A DNA stretch of 64,000 bases. It comes from Mayamaea pseudoterrestris. Its lineage: Eukaryota. The position numbers were made by a program, and so were the translations under genes. The DNA lies in NCBI GenBank assembly GCA_027923505.1, contig BROI01000009.1:1-64000 (forward strand), read 5' to 3'. Below are positions 12,266 to 22,478 of the stretch, piece after piece; position 1 is the stretch's first letter; every line of letters begins with the position of its first letter. The notes under the pieces are model-generated. The model did not search any database, was not told where the DNA came from, and was given only the letters and a program-made list of their open reading frames with translations.

Positions 12266-15256
12266 ATGTCCCTCTCCTCTTCGACAAGCGCACCTACTCG
12301 TGACACCGCTCCGACGCCCGCACCTCCTCGACACACCGCTCCGACACCACGGAGGCCACGAGCCCGCCGGCCAACTTGCACCGACCAACTCCGTCCCACA
12401 GCGTACAAGAGCGTTCAGCCAAGCGTTCACAACTTCCACCATTCGAACAAACGACCGATTAACCGCTCCGCCAACGCATACTCCATGCGCCGAGCAGGCG
12501 TCAAACCGTGCCACACCAAGGCGTACTGGCCCTGTCCGTCCTCATACAATCAATATTTCGCCACAGTAATCGCTCCAGTTTGGGAGTATCTGCCAGCCGA
12601 TGATTCATTGGCATTGCAGGCAGCAAATCCACAAAATAATCATCCTCTCTACGGTTCGACGAGCATGCGATACCTGGACACGAAAATTTGGCAACGGCGA
12701 CGTCATGGCTGGGGCAAGGAAACAAATAAGATTCAGACAGAACATGAATGCCCCTCGATTTACCATATTGTGCACATCTTGTGGGACTACCTTCGGGTCT
12801 CGCTTCGTCGACTGGTGTCAAAAGCGCTGCTCGACAAGACGCATGCATACGCCAAACTGCGGCAGCAGGCGGCCACCCGTCCAGTGGAGCATCTTCGCGT
12901 GGAGCGGCACTATCCAGCTCTGGATCTCAGTCCTATTTGCGAAACAAGAGTACTCGACATGGGGGCGGCACTGCTTCGCTGTGACTTCAACTATGGAGAC
13001 CTGGTGCGCTGGTTGGGCGGTGAATATACACAACAAAATCAGGATTGTTCTCTTCTCAAAGATGTCATTGCAACCGTGCGCAAAAGCAACATTCCGCCAC
13101 GGTACCCACCAATTGATTTTGAGGCCGCATTGCAGGCTGTTGACGAAGGAGTTCCAGGCATTAGTCGCTTCCGCTGCCCAATCCGAGACGTTGCCCGTCG
13201 GGAAAGAGAAGACAATCGCGGTTTGGAACACTGCTGGGAGGAAATCATGGACAAATATCGGAAGGAAGAGAAGCTCTCATACCACATCATGTTTCCTCGC
13301 TTTTTGTGGAAATACATCCCGGGGTTGTTCATCGCTTTGATCTCATACATACCACCCAAACCGGGGCGTATTGGTGATGAAGGCAGACTCATCAATGACC
13401 CTTCAACGCCTCTTTATCCGGGCGACAAGGGAAACGTTAATGGACAAATACCTAAAATTAAAATGAGTAACCATGCGCAGCTACAAAATCCAAAGGTTCA
13501 CTACGGCACGGTCATTCACCGCCTTGTAAAATAAATCTATAACCTTCGCCTGGATCATCCTACCGAAGAGCTCTACATGGCGGCAGATGACATCTCGGCT
13601 GCTTTCCGCTGGCTACATTATCATCCTGACATTGCGGTTGCTTTTGGAACGGTTTTGTCGCATTGGTTGGTTATACCAGTGGGCATGATCTTTGGCGGAC
13701 GATTCTCGCCGGGTTGGTACATGATTTTAGGGGAGCTGCGCGGGCACATAGCAGCCACACTGGATATTGGCAACGCCTCCACGGACCTGTCAGAAAACAT
13801 TACTTTGGGTGCCGAGTTGGATGCTGCTGGCAAGTCCTCCATCGTCTCAGCAGTACAGGACCGCTACAACAATGGCAGTCGGGCAATCTTGGGCCAAGAT
13901 TACAAGTTTGGATTCTCCAGTTTTGTTGACGACCAAGCTGTGGTTACCACAAGGCCGTTCATACGAGAGGCCATCCATCGAAGTGTCATTGCTGCACGTG
14001 TTGTCTTTGGCGAACCGAATCCTAAACATCGCTCACCGTGTATCAATGAAAGGAAATGGAAGAGCGAAGTGACCCACCAGTTAACCTACCTTGGCTTGGA
14101 CTGGGACACTCGGGCAATGACGGTGGGTTGGCCAGAGGCAAAACAACAGAAGTTGGCGTCCATGTTGGAGCACCTACACTCGGATTGGTTGTCAAACAAA
14201 CAATTCAAAACGGTAGTCGTCACGGCCGCCGATAAATCCTCCATTGTTGGTTTGATGCGACACGGGGCCTTTGTGGCAGACCTGGCAGATTTTCTTTCCA
14301 TTCGAGTCCAACAGTCTCTTTCAGATGCGGCCCGAAAGGCCGATGAACAAGCACGGCGTGTAGCCGCTAAAGCACGCACTTCCAAGCCGTCCTCAAGAGC
14401 TTGGTGGCGCAAAGGTCGGATTGCGCTCTCAAAGGAAGTCTTAGATGACTTGCGCATGCTGTATCCAACTTTGAACAATCCAGCCTGGCGACACGTGTGG
14501 CACAAACCTATTGGCCTCATGGTTGACCGGGAGCCAAATAACTCCATGCGGAGTGATGCCAGCACGAAAGGAGTCGGGGGATGGAATCTCACCTTGCTCT
14601 TTATGTGGCGCTTGAATGACGAGGACTTGGCTACCTGCAAATTCAAAATGCGCAAGTTCAATCCCAAGCCTTCTCGACGACCACTCGTCACGGATGAATA
14701 CCATATCAATATTTTGGAATTCGTGGCCATTGTCATAAACGTGGTGCTGTCTTTGGGTGCCATCTGCCACACACCAGCCATTCGCGATCGACAACACATT
14801 CTCAACGTATTGTCAGACAACACCTCGGCGCTTTCCTGGATGCGACACGCAGCCCGCTGTACAAAACCAGAAGTGCGGAGACTTGCACGATTTTTCCATG
14901 CCATCACGACTTACCAACCGCTTGCTCTCCGCATCCAGGCAAATCACATTCCAGGGAAGGACAATGTGGAGGCCGACCGACTCTCTCGATTCACTCCATC
15001 AACAATGTCGTGGGCGTCCGTTATCTCGCAGGACACGCAGGCATTGGCAGCTTGCAGAATCTTCCTAGTGGAGCGAGAGCTGCTTTCAACGATCTCGTCC
15101 GTGATCAATGGGAGCGCAAGCGAGGCGACATACGGACCAGAAACGATCGCGCGTTTGATCAGAGAGCCTCGCATTTTGGCCGATGGAGTCTCCAGGCAGG
15201 ATTCACAGACAAGTCTTTTGAGGAAGTCTCACCGGGGCAAGAAGTCGCGATCCTAG
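12266..15256 (+). pseudogene. Element 1 reverse transcriptase-RNase H, split by one in-frame TAA (13532-13534)
   Basis: ORFs 12266-13534 and 13577-15256 share a frame. RT motifs: GRLINDPS, DDISAAFR, PVGMIFGGRFSP, FVDD, YLGLDWDT. RNase H motifs: SDAS, HINILE, SDNTSA, HIPGKDNVEADRLSR. Confidence 0.9.
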
Positions 15257-16311
15257 CGGGATACTTGTTTGCAGTGGCCTCAGGTAAAACATCACTTGAG
15301 ATCGACAAAAAGAAACTCCAAGGGAAGGCCGGCGACCAACAAAACCCATTGATGGTGAAAACATTGGTGGGCTATTTGAATGCCGCACATTCCCTCCTCG
15401 AGCTGTTCCTCAACAGAAAATTTCCAATCCAAAATCCAAGCAAGGAGGGATATCATCCAATGCTTGCCGACATACTGGCCAGTCGGCGCAAGTGGCAAAA
15501 GGCGCGAGAGAAGCGGGAGCCTTTCACCAACAAGATGTTTGAGTACTTATATGCCACATTGAAAAAGGAGACGGCCACCGACGCAACAGTAAACCTGGAC
15601 GTCCAAGCTGCAGTTTTTGACTGGACATGCCTTGGGGCTTTCACCGGCTCGCGAGCAAATGAATACGCACAGACTACAGCACGTAGAGGATGCTTCAGCA
15701 AGGTCCCCGCAAATAGGGATGCCGGTGAATGGGCCAACCAACCGCTGGCATTCATTGATTTAGATTTCATGTTTTACACGGCTGACAGTGTCCTGATCAC
15801 ACATGACAGGCTGCTAAGACAGCAAAGGTCCGCAACTGAATTACACCTGCGCTTTCGCTATGACAAAAGCCAAACCAATTTCACCATACGAAAATTTAAA
15901 CGGTCCGGGCATCCATTCATCTGCCCAATTGCCGCCAGTATTTCCATCATTGGACGCGCACGGTGCCTTCACAACAAACCGTTCAAAGAGCCTTTGGGCG
16001 TCTTTCGAACGTCCTCCACTGGGGTTTATGACTATCTACAGTCTCGGGATATCATCAAAGTGATGCGTGCGGCGGTGGTTGGAGCATACCCAAACCCGCA
16101 ACATTTCCTGCGACAGAATGTGACTCGCATTGTGGCTCACTCCAACAGAGTCACGGCTGCCGTTGCCTTGCAGAATGCAGGCCTTGATATTCAAGAGATT
16201 GCATTCAGGCTGCGCTGGTCTGCACCATCAGTTCAACATTACCTTCGAGAAAGCTCCCAGGAAGTCGGGCGCCTGACGCTCAAGGCTATCCAGGGAGCAG
16301 TTTTAATTTGA
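15010..16311 (+). CDS. Element 1 tyrosine recombinase
   Basis: Catalytic pattern FTGSRANEY ... HSNRVTAA ... LRWSAPSVQHYL; overlaps the RT 3' end by 247 bp. Confidence 0.9.
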   Translation: MGVRYLAGHAGIGSLQNLPSGARAAFNDLVRDQWERKRGDIRTRNDRAFDQRASHFGRWSLQAGFTDKSFEEVSPGQEVAILAGYLFAVASGKTSLEIDKKKLQGKAGDQQNPLMVKTLVGYLNAAHSLLELFLNRKFPIQNPSKEGYHPMLADILASRRKWQKAREKREPFTNKMFEYLYATLKKETATDATVNLDVQAAVFDWTCLGAFTGSRANEYAQTTARRGCFSKVPANRDAGEWANQPLAFIDLDFMFYTADSVLITHDRLLRQQRSATELHLRFRYDKSQTNFTIRKFKRSGHPFICPIAASISIIGRARCLHNKPFKEPLGVFRTSSTGVYDYLQSRDIIKVMRAAVVGAYPNPQHFLRQNVTRIVAHSNRVTAAVALQNAGLDIQEIAFRLRWSAPSVQHYLRESSQEVGRLTLKAIQGAVLI

Positions 16312-16959
16312 GTGTCGCTCACGACCTCAGCTACTAGCAGACGTTACACTCTTCTGCAACATTGAGATTATAGGTTACGAGAATGTAGCTAAAGGTTTGC
16401 ATCCGAGTCGCCGCCCTTCGGGTCGGTTGCTTGTGCGCTCCTCGTCTTTAGCTAGCTCCTCTTTATCAGGGGCCATCTCCAAGGTCTTTTCACAGATCCA
16501 GAGTCTTCTCGTTCTCCTTCTCTTTCCTTCTTCCGCGGTTCTCGCCACACGGCCTCTTTGTTTGTTTGTGTGGCGTGACTGCCCCCAGCAAGCTGTTGTT
16601 CGTGTGGGTTGTGGCGAATCCTCCTCACAGGATTCGCTCCAGTCATCATTGATGACGTGGTTGTTGCTCCAGGGACCCGGAGTTTGCACTCCGAGTCCAC
16701 ATAGCAAATGCAACCACAGGACATCGCTGCCGACTTTGGGCAGCTGGCCGGGCGCAGCCTAGCACGCGGAAGGAAACAGCCGAGCGACGGAGGGCAATCT
16801 GCACTTGTGCTGATTGTCCGGCTCAGGGCGGATGCTTCGAGGAGACTGCCTTGGGGACACTCATAAGATACCCTTATGAGTACACTGTGATCGATAGTCA
16901 CGTCATCAGTGGTGCGGGGAGAGAAGAATGGGAACAGCTACCGACAACGGGCAGACCAC

Positions 16960-17691
16960 ATGCCGATGTTGATCGGGTTGCCGGCCAGTCCTTTGTTTGA
17001 CTGGACATGCCTTGGGGCTTTCACCGGCTCGCGAGCAAATGAATACGCACAGACTACAGCACGTAGAGGATGCTTCAGCAAGGTCCCCGCAAATAGGGAT
17101 GCCGGTGAATGGGCCAACCAACCGCTGGCATTCATTGATTTAGATTTCATGTTTTACACGGCTGACAGTGTCCTGATCACACATGACAGGCTGCTAAGAC
17201 AGCAAAGGTCCGCAACTGAATTACACCTGCGCTTTCGCTATGACAAAAGCCAAACCAATTTCACCATACGAAAATTTAAACGGTCCGGGCATCCATTCAT
17301 CTGCCCAATTGCCGCCAGTATTTCCATCATTGGACGCGCACGGTGCCTTCACAACAAACCGTTCAAAGAGCCTTTGGGCGTCTTTCGAACGTCCTCCACT
17401 GGGGTTTATGACTATCTACAGTCTCGGGATATCATCAAAGTGATGCGTGCGGCGGTGGTTGGAGCATACCCAAACCCGCAACATTTCCTGCGACAGAATG
17501 TGACTCGCATTGTGGCTCACTCCAACAGAGTCACGGCTGCCGTTGCCTTGCAGAATGCAGGCCTTGATATTCAAGAGATTGCATTCAGGCTGCGCTGGTC
17601 TGCACCATCAGTTCAACATTACCTTCGAGAAAGCTCCCAGGAAGTCGGGCGCCTGACGCTCAAGGCTATCCAGGGAGCAGTTTTAATTTGA
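16960..17691 (+). pseudogene. Chimeric N-truncated YR copy created by the duplication
   Basis: ATG at 16960 reads in frame across the junction (MPMLIGLPASPL|FDWTCLG...) into the identical catalytic domain. Confidence 0.7.
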
Positions 17692-17985
17692 GTGTCGCTC
17701 ACGACCTCAGCTACTAGCAGACGTTACACTCTTCTGCAACATTGAGATTATAGGTTACGAGAATGTAGCTAAAGGTTTGCATCCGAGTCGCCGCCCTTCG
17801 GGTCGGTTGCTTGTGCGCTCCTCGTCTTTAGCTAGCTCCTCTTTATCAGGGGCCATCTCCAAGGTCTTTTCACAGATCCAGAGTCTTCTCGTTCTCCTTC
17901 TCTTTCCTTCTTCCGCGGTTCTCGCCACACGGCCTCTTTGTTTGTTTGTGTGGCGTGACTGCCCCCAGCAAGCTGTTGTTCGTGT

Positions 17986-18196
17986 GGGTTGTGGCGAATC
18001 CTCCTCACAGGATTCGCTCCAGTCATCATTGATGACGTGGTTGTTGCTCCAGGGACCCGGAGTTTGCACTCCGAGTCCACATAGCAAATGCAACCACAGG
18101 ACATCGCTGCCGACTTTGGGCAGCTGGCCGGGCGCAGCCTAGCACGCGGAAGGAAACAGCCGAGCGACGGAGGGCAATCTGCACTTGTGCTGATTG
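17986..18196 (+). repeat. Element 1 internal repeat B1' (211 bp; second copy at 16606-16816)
   Basis: gggttgtggcgaatcc...cttgtgctgattg matches 24923-25133. Confidence 0.95.
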
Positions 18197-18361
18197 TCCG
18201 GCTCAGGGCGGATGCTTCGAGGAGACTGCCTTGGGGACACTCATAAGATACCCTTATGAGTACACTGTGATCGATAGTCACGTCATCAGTGGTGCGGGGA
18301 GAGAAGAATGGGAACAGCTACCGACAACGGGCAGACCACATGCCGATGTTGATCGGGTTGC

Positions 18362-18492
18362 CGGCCAGTCCTTTGTCCTAGCCGACATACCGGCTTGCTG
18401 TCATCCAGCCCATCTAGGCAGCTAGCTAGTTGGAGAGACGAGTTGGTGTTAACAGGCAGTTTACTTGCCAGCCCCCCCAGGCCCAGTGTCGC
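18362..18492 (-). repeat. Element 2 repeat B2 (131 bp)
   Basis: cggccagtcctttgtcc...cccagtgtcgc matches 18729-18859. Confidence 0.96.
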
Positions 18493-18510
18493 GAGGGTGG
18501 GTGAGGAGGG

Positions 18511-18729
18511 TGAAGCTTATGAGACTATCTAATGAAGTACTGGAACTGCTTGACTCGGATGTCTGCAGTTGACTTCGTGCAACAGAATGAGGAGACGAGA
18601 ATCGACGTCGCGAGGCTTTCGCCGCGCGGAGCGTAGTAAGGCGGTATCAGGTAAAGTCTCGAGTAGGTGCATGTGCTTCTTGGTGTTCAATTGTCCGGTG
18701 CGGCTTTCTTCCCCCTGCACCGGAATGAC
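18511..18729 (-). repeat. Element 2 repeat A2 (219 bp)
   Basis: tgaagcttatgagac...caccggaatgac matches 24628-24846. Confidence 0.96.
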
Positions 18730-18859
18730 GGCCAGTCCTTTGTCCTAGCCGACATACCGGCTTGCTGTCATCCAGCCCATCTAGGCAGCTAGCTAGTTGG
18801 AGAGACGAGTTGGTGTTAACAGGCAGTTTACTTGCCAGCCCCCCCAGGCCCAGTGTCGC
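18729..18859 (-). repeat. Element 2 repeat B1 (131 bp), abutting A2
   Basis: Copy of 18362-18492 at offset 367. Confidence 0.96.
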
Positions 18860-18993
18860 TCCAACAGCCTCCCATTTCGGAGGAAGTCTGAGAAATCAGG
18901 CCACGACAAGTCTGGGTGGGAGCGAAGCGGGGAGGCACGAAGTGCGGGAAAGAAAAGCGCGCGGTCGAGAGCGCGAGACGGCGCGCGAGGAAA

Positions 18994-20115
18994 TTACATG
19001 AGTGGAACGAAATGGTTGGGAATAACATTAAAATGGCCGCCAGCGACCATGAGTTGGGCGTAGTGGTGCATGGCGGGCAGTGCTTGAACGTGGAGGTAGC
19101 GGAGCATGGCGTCGGAGTGCCAGCGACCAATGAGTCGGATGCGGTCGGAGTCCACGTTGGAGCAGAGTAGAGCTTGGGCGCCGCCAGCGCGAAGCGAGCG
19201 GGCGTTAATGTCGGTCGGAAGAATGCCCAACGCGGGGCCGAGCAACACCACGGTGTCGCGAAGGGCTGTGGTGATGTCGCCGGAGCGTAGCGCGTAGGGT
19301 TCGGGAAGATAGACGGTGGCGAGCGGGGTAGTAGTGTCGGCCGCGTGTGCGCGGAGGTGAAGGAGGCGGCGAATGATGGCGCGAGTAGGGCAAAGGAGGG
19401 GGTCGCCCGTGACGCCGTGGGCGACGACCTCCCCGCGCGTACCATTCTTTTGGGTAGTGAAAGTCAGGCTGCAACCAGTGGAGCGTGCCATGTCGGCCGA
19501 GGTTGCAGTGGCGAGATCCCATCGACCGCCAGCGTGGAACAGCTGGACATCGCAGAACCGAAACGGTTCGGAGTATTCGCCGGGGCGGAGGAGAAAGAAG
19601 TAGGCGATGGTAGTCATATCGGCGACGGCTTGGAGTAGAGGCGTGCCAGCCGGTGCGTGCGCAGCGTGGAGACACGAGCGCACTACTTGGATCGGGAGGG
19701 GCTTGACGCGATTCGGCGGCGGATCGGCGCGGCCAAAGTACTTGAGCAGGCGTTGGAGGCGAATGTCGATTTTGCCCGTGGCGTCGTACCGGATGTCGCG
19801 GGTCCCCATGAGGGCGAACGCCTGGCCGACGGCACGTAGGGCGTCATCCACGGTGCTAGCCCGGACGGGTCGACCGCGGGGTGCGATGTCGCCCGATCGA
19901 TAGAGCTGCGCGAATACCAGTAGGGGTTGGATTGGGTCGGAACAATGGGGCAGTGTGGGCGCCAGTCCGTAGCGGGTGCAGAAGGCGGTCCAGCACTGCC
20001 AGGCGGTGTCGGCGGACCGGGCGGTGGAAGAAACGACGCCGTGTCGGACGCCGTACGCAACAAGGCGGAGCTGATCGCGGAGCTCATGGCGGGTCGCAGA
20101 TGGCAGAGTGTCCAT
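18994..20115 (-). CDS. Element 2 tyrosine recombinase
   Basis: FFLLRPGEY ... TTQKNG ... RSLRAGGA ... IGRWHSDAMLRYL; overlaps the RT ORF by 433 bp. Confidence 0.95.
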   Translation of the reverse strand: MDTLPSATRHELRDQLRLVAYGVRHGVVSSTARSADTAWQCWTAFCTRYGLAPTLPHCSDPIQPLLVFAQLYRSGDIAPRGRPVRASTVDDALRAVGQAFALMGTRDIRYDATGKIDIRLQRLLKYFGRADPPPNRVKPLPIQVVRSCLHAAHAPAGTPLLQAVADMTTIAYFFLLRPGEYSEPFRFCDVQLFHAGGRWDLATATSADMARSTGCSLTFTTQKNGTRGEVVAHGVTGDPLLCPTRAIIRRLLHLRAHAADTTTPLATVYLPEPYALRSGDITTALRDTVVLLGPALGILPTDINARSLRAGGAQALLCSNVDSDRIRLIGRWHSDAMLRYLHVQALPAMHHYAQLMVAGGHFNVIPNHFVPLM

Positions 20116-22412
20116 GGGGAATCCTGTGGGTAAGTGGTGTTAAAGTGCGTGAGAAACTCATCGTCGGACAATTCCCAAAGGCGCGACGCGTCGTCGGCCA
20201 TGACGTTACAGGGGCCCGGAATGTAGTCGTGTCGCGGGACATAGCGGTAGTGACGCTGGTGCCAACTTTGGAGGCGCAGGAGATACGCGGCTGGGCCGAC
20301 GGTGGTCGTGGAGCCGCGTTGTTGCCAGCTGACGGCGGCGACGTTGTCGTGGAGGCTGTGGATCGTGCGCTCGGCCACGTCCGCGAGCTGGGCGATGACG
20401 TCGTGGTGCGCCACGCTGCCGGCCAGTTCCAAGTCGCTATTGGTGATGGTACCGTGGGGGTTGTCGCTGGACACCAGTTTGGACTGGATGCGTGGCGTGA
20501 AAGGGTGGCGCCACACGACGGGGCGCACCCGACGCCGCGAGTCGGTGAAGAAAGCTGCGCCGCCCATGCCACGGCCGGCTGCATCCGTGGTGCCGGGAAG
20601 GCCCGTGGGCTGAGGGACCACTTCGAGAATGCGAGCAGGGCGCGCGGCGAGGCGACGTGCCACGACGCGAAAGTCGGCGAGAAAAGTGTGCACGGCGGGC
20701 TTCAGGCGAAGTCTCCCTGAGTGCTCGAGGGGGTGGCGAAAAGCCTCTTGTAGCAGACTGAAGAGTCCACGTACGCCAGGCAAGGCGAGCGACATGGAGC
20801 GCAGCTCCCCCAATACCTTATGCCACGTTTTGCGGCCCACGCGGTGCTGCGTGGGAGGGATTGACTCGAGTATCGCGTGGAGGCGCGCGAGGCGATGCGG
20901 CGGTAGCGTGATGGTGCCTGCGACCGTGTCGATGTCCCACCCCAGTATGGTCTTCCGAGTGGACCACGCGCCGTCGCCTTTGCGTAACTTCTTTACCGAG
21001 ATGGGTTCCTGTCGATGTGGATTGTCAGTTGGGAGCAGTGGACGGAACACCGTGTCGAGCGCGTGGAAGAGATCGCGGCGTAGCTGGCGCTGGCGTGGAC
21101 GGCCGCCTTGGCACAGTCCAATGAAGTCATCGACGTACACGTCATGGTGGCCGACCGGTCGTTGGAAGTATGTCGCTGTCGACGTGACCGGGAGCGGCAT
21201 CGTGTCCGGAGTCGCGTCGTCGCACGGTGCGTCGGGCCCCGGCGCTGGGAGCGTGTCGGCTTCGCTTTCCAGCCGGTGCGGCGTGGTGTTGTGGCGTGGC
21301 GTGGCGTTGGCGATGTCGGCGATCGTCTCGGTGGCCGACGTGAAGAATGGCGGCGAATGTACCCACCCCATGGGTAGCGTGAGCGGAAAGGCGATCAGTT
21401 GTTCTTCGCCCGGACTCGTGGGAAAGAGGACGCCCAACTTCGGTATGTCGGCCGGTCGTAGCCCGATGCGGTAGAAACCGTCGGCGATGTCGATTTTCGC
21501 GAGGCGTACGTTTCCGTAACGTGGATTGGCGCGTGCGATGTTGTACATGATTCGGTGCAAGGCCCGGCCGAATTGCATCGACTCGAATGGTGCGATCGGC
21601 ACGGACTCGTCGTTTACGCCGAAGAAGCTGTAGTCCACGATCGTGCGCGGTCGTCGCTCACGTTGTTCCACGGCGCCCACGGGGCTGAGTCGCAAGTCGG
21701 GCAAGTGGGCGACGGAACTCGCTGGTACCACGATCCAATGTCCCTTGTGTATCATGTCGGCGAACTCTTCGCGTAGAAAAGCTTGATGGTCCTTGGCGGA
21801 CTGATGTGGGCCACGGTCGATCGCGGCTTGTCGTCGTTCAGCCGTCCACGGCGCAGTTTGCAGTTGGACGGGCGCGCCCCGGTCCCGAAGATGGCGTAGG
21901 AGGTGGCGCGCTGGATGGTCAATGTCGCCAACCGTGTCGGCGAGGTCCGGTGGGTCGCGTACTCGATTGATAAAGTCCTCCCACGACGTGGAGGCCTGCA
22001 GCGTGTGGTGTGCTTCGCGTACTAGGTCGCCGAGTGGGTCGTCGAGGAGTTGCGCCGGCCGAGGCGCCGTGGGTGTCAATGGCCGTGGAGGTGCGTCGCG
22101 TGGACCCCCGCGCGTGTGCGGTGGCGTGCGTGATGCGTCGAAGGATGTCGGTGGGGCGCGAGTCGCTACTTCGCTTGTCGGTGTCGAGGGGTCGAGCGTC
22201 TCCTCGATGGACTCGGGGATGGACGCTAATGTCGGTCGGAATGTCGGGGTCGGTGCAGCGCGGCGTCTGCGTAACGTGGTGGTGGAGCGCTGGGTCAGTT
22301 TGCCAACGGCTCCGTCGAATGGTGGCTTACCTAGATTAGCGTTTGGAACAAACATGTGACTAGTTAGGTTTTCAGTTAGACTACTCCTGCCTTCTTCGAT
22401 CCGCCGCCTCAC
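19683..22412 (-). CDS. Element 2 reverse transcriptase-RNase H
   Basis: RT motifs: RTIVDYS, KIDIADGFY, LPMGWVHSP, YVDDF, ILGWDID. RNase H motifs: TDAA, NSDLE, HDN, YIPGPCNVMADDASR. Start uncertain (first ATG at 22355). Confidence 0.95.
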   Translation of the reverse strand: MRRRIEEGRSSLTENLTSHMFVPNANLGKPPFDGAVGKLTQRSTTTLRRRRAAPTPTFRPTLASIPESIEETLDPSTPTSEVATRAPPTSFDASRTPPHTRGGPRDAPPRPLTPTAPRPAQLLDDPLGDLVREAHHTLQASTSWEDFINRVRDPPDLADTVGDIDHPARHLLRHLRDRGAPVQLQTAPWTAERRQAAIDRGPHQSAKDHQAFLREEFADMIHKGHWIVVPASSVAHLPDLRLSPVGAVEQRERRPRTIVDYSFFGVNDESVPIAPFESMQFGRALHRIMYNIARANPRYGNVRLAKIDIADGFYRIGLRPADIPKLGVLFPTSPGEEQLIAFPLTLPMGWVHSPPFFTSATETIADIANATPRHNTTPHRLESEADTLPAPGPDAPCDDATPDTMPLPVTSTATYFQRPVGHHDVYVDDFIGLCQGGRPRQRQLRRDLFHALDTVFRPLLPTDNPHRQEPISVKKLRKGDGAWSTRKTILGWDIDTVAGTITLPPHRLARLHAILESIPPTQHRVGRKTWHKVLGELRSMSLALPGVRGLFSLLQEAFRHPLEHSGRLRLKPAVHTFLADFRVVARRLAARPARILEVVPQPTGLPGTTDAAGRGMGGAAFFTDSRRRVRPVVWRHPFTPRIQSKLVSSDNPHGTITNSDLELAGSVAHHDVIAQLADVAERTIHSLHDNVAAVSWQQRGSTTTVGPAAYLLRLQSWHQRHYRYVPRHDYIPGPCNVMADDASRLWELSDDEFLTHFNTTYPQDSPWTLCHLRPAMSSAISSALLRTASDTASFLPPPGPPTPPGSAGPPSAPATDWRPHCPIVPTQSNPYWYSRSSIDRATSHPAVDPSGLAPWMTPYVPSARRSPSWGPATSGTTPRAKSTFASNACSSTLAAPIRRRIASSPSRSK

Positions 22413-22478
22413 TTGACGACCCTCCCGAAGACTTGCAGGCTGTGACCGTCGCGCGCCAGGCGACGGCCTGCCGACCCC

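Larger units (their letters stand above)
15616..18375 (+). repeat. 1,380-bp tandem duplication (15616-16995 and 16996-18375)
   Basis: Lines read identically at offset 1380 (for example 15661 vs 17041 and 16921 vs 18301). Confidence 0.97.

Noticed and set aside
16860..16910. Hammerhead ribozyme on the minus strand (CTGATGA followed by a stem)
   Set aside because: No GAAA follows the putative stem II, so the catalytic core is incomplete.
15616..18375. The 1,380-bp repeats as LTRs or a target-site duplication
   Set aside because: They are adjacent, start in the middle of the YR gene and include the end of element 2.
15010..20115. Prophage or bacterial integrases
   Set aside because: Both recombinases overlap RT-RNase H ORFs inside split-repeat elements, and no phage genes are present.
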